A stretch of 64,000 nt of DNA, taken from Sedimentisphaerales bacterium (GTDB taxonomy: Bacteria; Planctomycetota; Phycisphaerae; Sedimentisphaerales; Anaerobacaceae). The notes beneath the pieces were generated by a model. The model was given only the letters and a program-made list of their open reading frames with translations, was not told the origin of the DNA and searched no databases. Shown here in pieces: positions 59,371-64,000 of the stretch (positions are counted from its first letter, which is position 1; each line of letters begins with the position of its first letter). The stretch covers positions 4,800,001 through 4,864,000 of the forward strand of contig OY970194.1 of NCBI GenBank assembly GCA_963708075.1, read 5' to 3'. A program made the position numbers and the translations under genes.

Positions 59371-61122
59371 CTATTCGAACTGAATGTCGCTTGTGATGAA
59401 CTCGACGCTCGTGTTGCCGTTGTAGCGGTTGAGCTGGGCCTCGAAGGCAATATTGAAGAACTCATTGTCGAGCAGCTTCTTCTCAAGAGCGCCCATGTTG
59501 AAGCCGACGCAGCGAATCGTGCCGGTGTTGTCGGTAATGGTGAACTGCAGATGATCGCCCTTGGCGCCGACGCGTCGCGGGGCCGAAAGCAGTCGGACGC
59601 CCATCGTTGCGAACACGGGTTTCGGGTTCCCCGCTCCGAAGGGGCCGAGCATTTCGAGCTGATTGACTGCATCGCGGGTGAACTGCCGCAGGGGCAGGAC
59701 CGCATCGATATCCAATCTCGCAACGACGTCCTCCTCTCTGAGGTTCTCGCGCGCATAGGCCTCGAAGTCTGCGGCGAATGGCTCAATCTTCTCCGGGTGG
59801 ATCGTCAGCCCCGCCGCCATTTTGTGGCCACCGAAAGTCGCCAGATGCGATGAGCACGCCTGAATCGCGCTGAGCAGGCAGAATCCCGGCACGGACCGGC
59901 CGGAGCCCTGGGCCGCCCCGCTCTCGCCGGGCGAGGCGTTGATCATGATCGCCGGACGGTAGAACTTATCGACCAGCCGCGACGCGACGATGCCGAGCAC
60001 GCCGGCATGCCACCCCTCGGCCGCCAGCACGATGCTCCGGCGATCCGGGTGGTTCCAGCCGCGCTCGATCACGATCTCGCACGCGTGCTTGAACATCTTG
60101 CGTTCGCACTGCTGCCGCTGGACGTTCTGGTCCTTGAGGTAGTCGGCGATCTGCCTGGCCTTGGTCTCACTCGTGCTGGTCAGCAGCTCCACCGCCAGCC
60201 GCGCGTGGCCCATCCGCCCGGCCGCGTTGAGCACCGGGGCCATGCGAAAACCGATCGCGTAGCTGTCCACGCCCTGCCCCTTCAGCCCCGCCGACTCGAT
60301 CAGCGCCTGCAAGCCGACGAGCTTGCTGTCGGCCACCGCCTGCAGGCCGAAGCTCGTCAGCACTCGGTTCTCGCCTCGCAGGTCCACGATATCGGCCACG
60401 GTCCCGATGGCGGCCAGGCTCGTGGCGTTGAGCATGAACTGGCGCAGCTCCGGCTCCAGCTTGGGCCCGTGGCTGAACTCCTCGGCCAGCGCCCAGGCCA
60501 GCTTATAGGCGACCATCGCCCCGGCCGAGTCCTGATTGGCATAGGACTCCTGCAAAGCCGGATGCACGATCGCCACGGCGGTGGGCAGCACCGCCCCCGG
60601 TTGATGGTGATCGGTGATGATCAGGTGCATGCCCAGCTTGCCGGCCAGGTTCGCCGCGTCATGACCGCCGATGCCGCAATCGACGGTGACGAGAACCTTC
60701 GTCCCCGCCTCGGCGAGCGTGCGAACCGCCTCCACGTTCAGGCCGTAGCCTTCCTCGATTCGATGCGGGATATAGAAATCGACCTGCGCGTCGAGCAGGG
60801 TCAGCAGTTCCCAGAGGATGGAGACGCCGGTGATGCCATCGACGTCGTAGTCGCCGTAGATGGTGATTTTCTCTTTTTTCTCGACGGCCTCGCGCAACCT
60901 CGCCACGGCCGGCTCGATCCCCGGCATATGGCACGGCCGGATCAGCTCCGTCAGCCTCGGCTGCAGGAACACGTTGCCCTCGCCGACCTCCGTGATCCCC
61001 CGATTGAGCAATACCTGCGCCACCAGCGGCGAGATCTTCAGAGACTTGGCAAGCCCCTCCGCCCGAGCATCGGCCGGCCGGATGTGCCACTCGTTCTTCT
61101 GCGTCCTTGCCGTACTCGGCAT
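59371..61122 (-). CDS. recJ: Single-stranded-DNA exonuclease RecJ
   Basis: GDYDVDG, VDCG, TDHH, GTVADIV, NAAGR, GSGRS, GGH. Confidence 0.96.
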   Translation of the reverse strand: MPSTARTQKNEWHIRPADARAEGLAKSLKISPLVAQVLLNRGITEVGEGNVFLQPRLTELIRPCHMPGIEPAVARLREAVEKKEKITIYGDYDVDGITGVSILWELLTLLDAQVDFYIPHRIEEGYGLNVEAVRTLAEAGTKVLVTVDCGIGGHDAANLAGKLGMHLIITDHHQPGAVLPTAVAIVHPALQESYANQDSAGAMVAYKLAWALAEEFSHGPKLEPELRQFMLNATSLAAIGTVADIVDLRGENRVLTSFGLQAVADSKLVGLQALIESAGLKGQGVDSYAIGFRMAPVLNAAGRMGHARLAVELLTSTSETKARQIADYLKDQNVQRQQCERKMFKHACEIVIERGWNHPDRRSIVLAAEGWHAGVLGIVASRLVDKFYRPAIMINASPGESGAAQGSGRSVPGFCLLSAIQACSSHLATFGGHKMAAGLTIHPEKIEPFAADFEAYARENLREEDVVARLDIDAVLPLRQFTRDAVNQLEMLGPFGAGNPKPVFATMGVRLLSAPRRVGAKGDHLQFTITDNTGTIRCVGFNMGALEKKLLDNEFFNIAFEAQLNRYNGNTSVEFITSDIQFE

Positions 61123-61531
61123 CGTCTACCTGCGTCCTATCTTTGTTGCCTTGAACCCACTCTACGAACTCCCGCCACAATAGGTGCGTGCAGAAGCCCG
61201 CTTTGAGACAATCCCCGCGAACCCTGCCTCGACCGCGATTGGGGAGCCCGAATCCAGCCGCGTCCGGTGTGCACCGCACACCACCTACCTCTTATATCAA
61301 ACCCCCGCCCTCCGCCGCAAGGCTTCTGTCGACGAAACCCGAAACTCGAAACAAGCTCGAATGAGTGAAGTCCGAAGCAAGTGCGCGTCAGGGTTAACCT
61401 CCGCCATCCCAGAAGTCGGCTGCGAATTTCCTGTCGTTGATGCACAGCGACGGAATTAGGTAGTGGGTCAGTTTGAATCTTGATATGGTGATTGGATAAC
61501 CAGCGTAGCAGTGTCAGACATTCACGGCAGG

Positions 61532-61969
61532 TTACTCTGAATCGTTGTTGGCTGGAAAGTCAACCATGTTAGTCGAAATCAAACCAGTCATAGCGGCCAC
61601 CATTAAGTTCTTGTCCTTTGGGTTGCTCTCGGCCACGCTAACAGTGAATTGATAGAGGTCAGCCATATCTACTTGCAGCCATTTACCGTTCTTATAGAGC
61701 AGGATGAAGAGAGTAGTTATGGCAATCCTTTTGTTGCCGTTCTGGAAAGGATGGTCTTTGACCATTAAGTAGAACAAGATGCTTGCTTTCGTGGCAAGCG
61801 TTGGGTAGGGGTCCTGCCCGAAGAACTGCTGGAACGGTACAGCTATACAGCCTTCGAGGGTGCCTGGGAATCTGGATGAGAAGTCTGGAATTCGCTCATC
61901 GAACTCCATGTGCTTTCTTGCCAATTCAAAGGCCAATTCCTCAACTTCCACTATCGTAAGACGTTCCAT
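61532..61969 (-). CDS. Doc/Fic family toxin
   Basis: HPFQNGNKR Doc-type motif; AT-richer DNA. Confidence 0.88.
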   Translation of the reverse strand: MERLTIVEVEELAFELARKHMEFDERIPDFSSRFPGTLEGCIAVPFQQFFGQDPYPTLATKASILFYLMVKDHPFQNGNKRIAITTLFILLYKNGKWLQVDMADLYQFTVSVAESNPKDKNLMVAAMTGLISTNMVDFPANNDSE

Positions 61970-62244
61970 TACTCGTGGCTGAGCTTCTTTAGTACCGAGC
62001 CATACTCCTTCACAACACGACCTACAGCGTAATGTATCCGCGTCCGTTGCTCATCTGTCAAAGACCGGCCCAGTGCAACATTGGCATCCTCAGCTTTGAT
62101 GACATACTGTGCGCCGACCTTATGTGCGGGTATCTTTCCTGATCTTACTTTGTGCCATACAGAAACACGGCTCACGCCAAGTTCACGCGCAAGCTGCGGT
62201 ACAGTCATATCGTGTTGAACCAACATCTGCTCTCTCCTGTCCAA
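61969..62244 (-). CDS. Excisionase-type HTH protein, probable antitoxin
   Basis: TVPQLARELGVSRVSVW..V..G.IPA.KVG..Y.I; C-terminal EYGSVLKKLSHE; TAATG coupling to doc. Confidence 0.8.
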   Translation of the reverse strand: MDRREQMLVQHDMTVPQLARELGVSRVSVWHKVRSGKIPAHKVGAQYVIKAEDANVALGRSLTDEQRTRIHYAVGRVVKEYGSVLKKLSHE

Positions 62245-62564
62245 GCCCCGAAACCGTTAACTCTAACACTCAGTTAACTTCGGTTAACCACCCCATATAC
62301 CTTAACATTTATACCCAATTAGTCAAGGCTGATGTTCAATGTATTTGTGTCTTCGAGCTACTTTTTTTGCTCTGAAGTCCGAGAATAGGGTAAGGTTGCG
62401 TAGTCTATGTTACCACCGAATGCTTCCTCTACTGCATTCAGGTACCGGTTGTCCCCGCAACCGTGCGGGAGACCGCGTGGGTCAAGGGCCCACCCTGCGA
62501 CGACTGTCAGGTGGCGACAACTGACAACCCGGAACAAGCAACGGATTCGCGGCGTCCACCGCTA

Positions 62565-63113
62565 TTATCGCGGTATTGATTCGGCGTCGTGTATCGGCGG
62601 GGGCTCGTCCGTGGGAGGCCCGACGTAACGGTATTGGCAGGACACGTGGATCCCATTGCGGTCGTCGTATTCCCGTGTCATGGACCGGCCATCTTTGGCA
62701 ACGGAGTACTGGACCCGGTAGTTGGTCTTCGTTTCCATCACGTATTCCGCCATCTCCACGCACCTGCCGGAGCGATCCTCCGACGTAATCTTGAACAAGA
62801 CCTCCGCCATGCCGCGGCCGCGATCGGCCATGTAGAAGCCGGTCGCACCTTTGTTTGCCGTGGGGGCGACGTAGCAAAGGCGCTGGAACATCGGATCGTC
62901 GATGCTCTCCCAGTCTCCGACGAGACGGTACCCAGGCGGCCGCCCAAAGCCTGTCAACTGCATGGCCATGCTCTTGACGGGCTCCGTCAGGCCGGCCACA
63001 TGGGCCACGCCCAAACCCACGAGGGCCACAAGCACGATAGGGACCCACGGCGTCGTCCTCTTACGCGGTGGACGCGGGGGCTCTGAATACCCGCTGATAT
63101 CTTCTCGGAACAT
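62565..63113 (-). CDS. Hypothetical membrane-anchored protein
   Basis: N-terminal TM (WVPIVLVALVGLGVA), LVGDWES lipocalin-like start. Confidence 0.55.
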   Translation of the reverse strand: MFREDISGYSEPPRPPRKRTTPWVPIVLVALVGLGVAHVAGLTEPVKSMAMQLTGFGRPPGYRLVGDWESIDDPMFQRLCYVAPTANKGATGFYMADRGRGMAEVLFKITSEDRSGRCVEMAEYVMETKTNYRVQYSVAKDGRSMTREYDDRNGIHVSCQYRYVGPPTDEPPPIHDAESIPR

Positions 63114-63303
63114 TTTCGGTCCTTTCGCAATCCTGGATAAATCACGACAGGAGTCTGCGCGCGCAGATCACTCCGCATTTCCTGCTCCTGTATCGGCTAT
63201 TCATCGCCGGCACTTCAGTCCGGTGAATTCCGGAACACCCAATTTGTCTCCGTGATCGATTCAACGCGGCGTTCCACGCCATGCAAGTTGTCTGAGATTT
63301 GTG

Positions 63304-63332
63304 TTGACACTTAACAAGCCCTCGTGTAATAT
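63304..63332 (+). promoter_or_regulatory. sigma70 promoter upstream of the HNH gene
   Basis: TTGACA-17 bp-TAATAT. Confidence 0.6.
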
Positions 63333-63490
63333 GTCGGGCACGTCGAATCCAGTGACGTGTTTCGGGCCGGGGCAGTGCGGCCGGCCTGAAGGGCAATGAG
63401 CAGAGAGCAGTGTGAAGTGTCAAGCAGGGCGGGCCCTCTGACTTCACACTTGAAACTTGGCACTTCAAATTTCGTTGGAAGGGAGAAGCC

Positions 63491-64000
63491 ATGGCCGGAC
63501 AGTGCTGTGACAATTGCATGTACTCGATCTTCGATCCTGAGGTCTGGCGTCGAGCCTTGTGGATGCGTGAGCCGCTCCTGCCGCGATGCGCCAATCACCC
63601 CTTCTGGCCGGGGCGGTTGCACGACGTTCCCGGCGTCGCCTGCCGCAACTACCGCGCCAAGTCCGTCCCGCCCCAGGGCGACGGCGTCCGCCTGATCCCA
63701 CTCGGCGACGGCTTCTACGCCTACGTCGACGCCGCCGACTACGACTGGCTCAGTCGGTATAACTGGCGTTTGCGGGACGGATACGCCTACCGGCGAGAAG
63801 GGGGCAGAGGGATTCTCATGCATCGCCAGATCGTGCAGGTACCTGAAAGCGTGCCTGTGGACCATATGGACGGCAACAGGGCGAACAACTGCCGGCTTAA
63901 TATACGCCCCTGCACACCCGGGGAGAACCTGCACAATGCACGGAAGCATTGCGACTCGCGGTCTCGCTTCAAAGGAGTCACTCACCACAAGTCTGGCAAG
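63491..64000 (+). CDS. HNH endonuclease, probably HNH-AP2, with Cys-rich N-terminus (runs off window end; not in ORF track)
   Basis: GGGAG RBS; MAGQCCDNC...IPLGDG.YA.VD..DY.WL...W...MHRQI...VDHMDGNRANNCRLNIR.CT..EN..N...SRFKGV. Confidence 0.85.
   Translation, partial: MAGQCCDNCMYSIFDPEVWRRALWMREPLLPRCANHPFWPGRLHDVPGVACRNYRAKSVPPQGDGVRLIPLGDGFYAYVDAADYDWLSRYNWRLRDGYAYRREGGRGILMHRQIVQVPESVPVDHMDGNRANNCRLNIRPCTPGENLHNARKHCDSRSRFKGVTHHKSGK

Noticed and set aside
61458..61480. GGTAGTGGGTCAGTTTGAAT at the edge of the AT-rich Doc module as a possible IS end
   Set aside because: No inverted partner or transposase found in the window
63311..63988. 225-aa minus-strand ORF
   Set aside because: Antisense to the HNH gene, which has clear motifs, an RBS and a promoter
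1..64000. CRISPR array, tRNA or rRNA
   Set aside because: No regularly spaced identical repeats with unique spacers, and no cloverleaf or rRNA-like sequence recognised by eye

Overview
This is a GC-rich bacterial chromosomal window, most likely from a Planctomycetota (Phycisphaerae/Sedimentisphaerales-like) organism. That taxonomy is inferred from the prepilin/H-X9-DG-type gene, the Tat-exported Gfo/Idh/MocA expansion, HEAT proteins and ECF cassettes. 1-18.7 kb is one leftward gene run: a sugar-phosphate-isomerase-fold gene, at least 10 Gfo/Idh/MocA oxidoreductases with twin-arginine leaders (two sub-clades), a ThuA-like/HEAT fusion and a second HEAT protein. It is followed (20-25 kb) by GH10, DUF6807(PmoA-like) and DUF6807+DUF1080 genes. 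Together these look like a greatly expanded periplasmic oxidative (3-keto) glycoside-cleavage locus. The rest holds a frameshifted prepilin-type gene, archease-rtcB, secreted beta-helix and S8 proteins, two ECF sigma/anti-sigma/secreted-protein cassettes, dtd, an SDR, thrC, menA-like, a sigma54-type promoter-receiver-groES-groEL unit and an AT-richer patch. It also holds murE-murF-mraY split by a LamG/PKD/PxKF gene and hicA(pseudo)-hicB, a transglutaminase-like gene, recJ, an HTH-Doc/Fic pair and a truncated HNH(-AP2) endonuclease. Intergenic DNA is full of small repeats: a ~255-bp MITE with TIRs and apparent 6-bp TSDs, several REP-like palindrome families and 7-/9-mer tandem repeats. One palindromic element sits in-frame inside murF. 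No rRNA, tRNA or CRISPR array was seen. All calls are by eye, without database searches.
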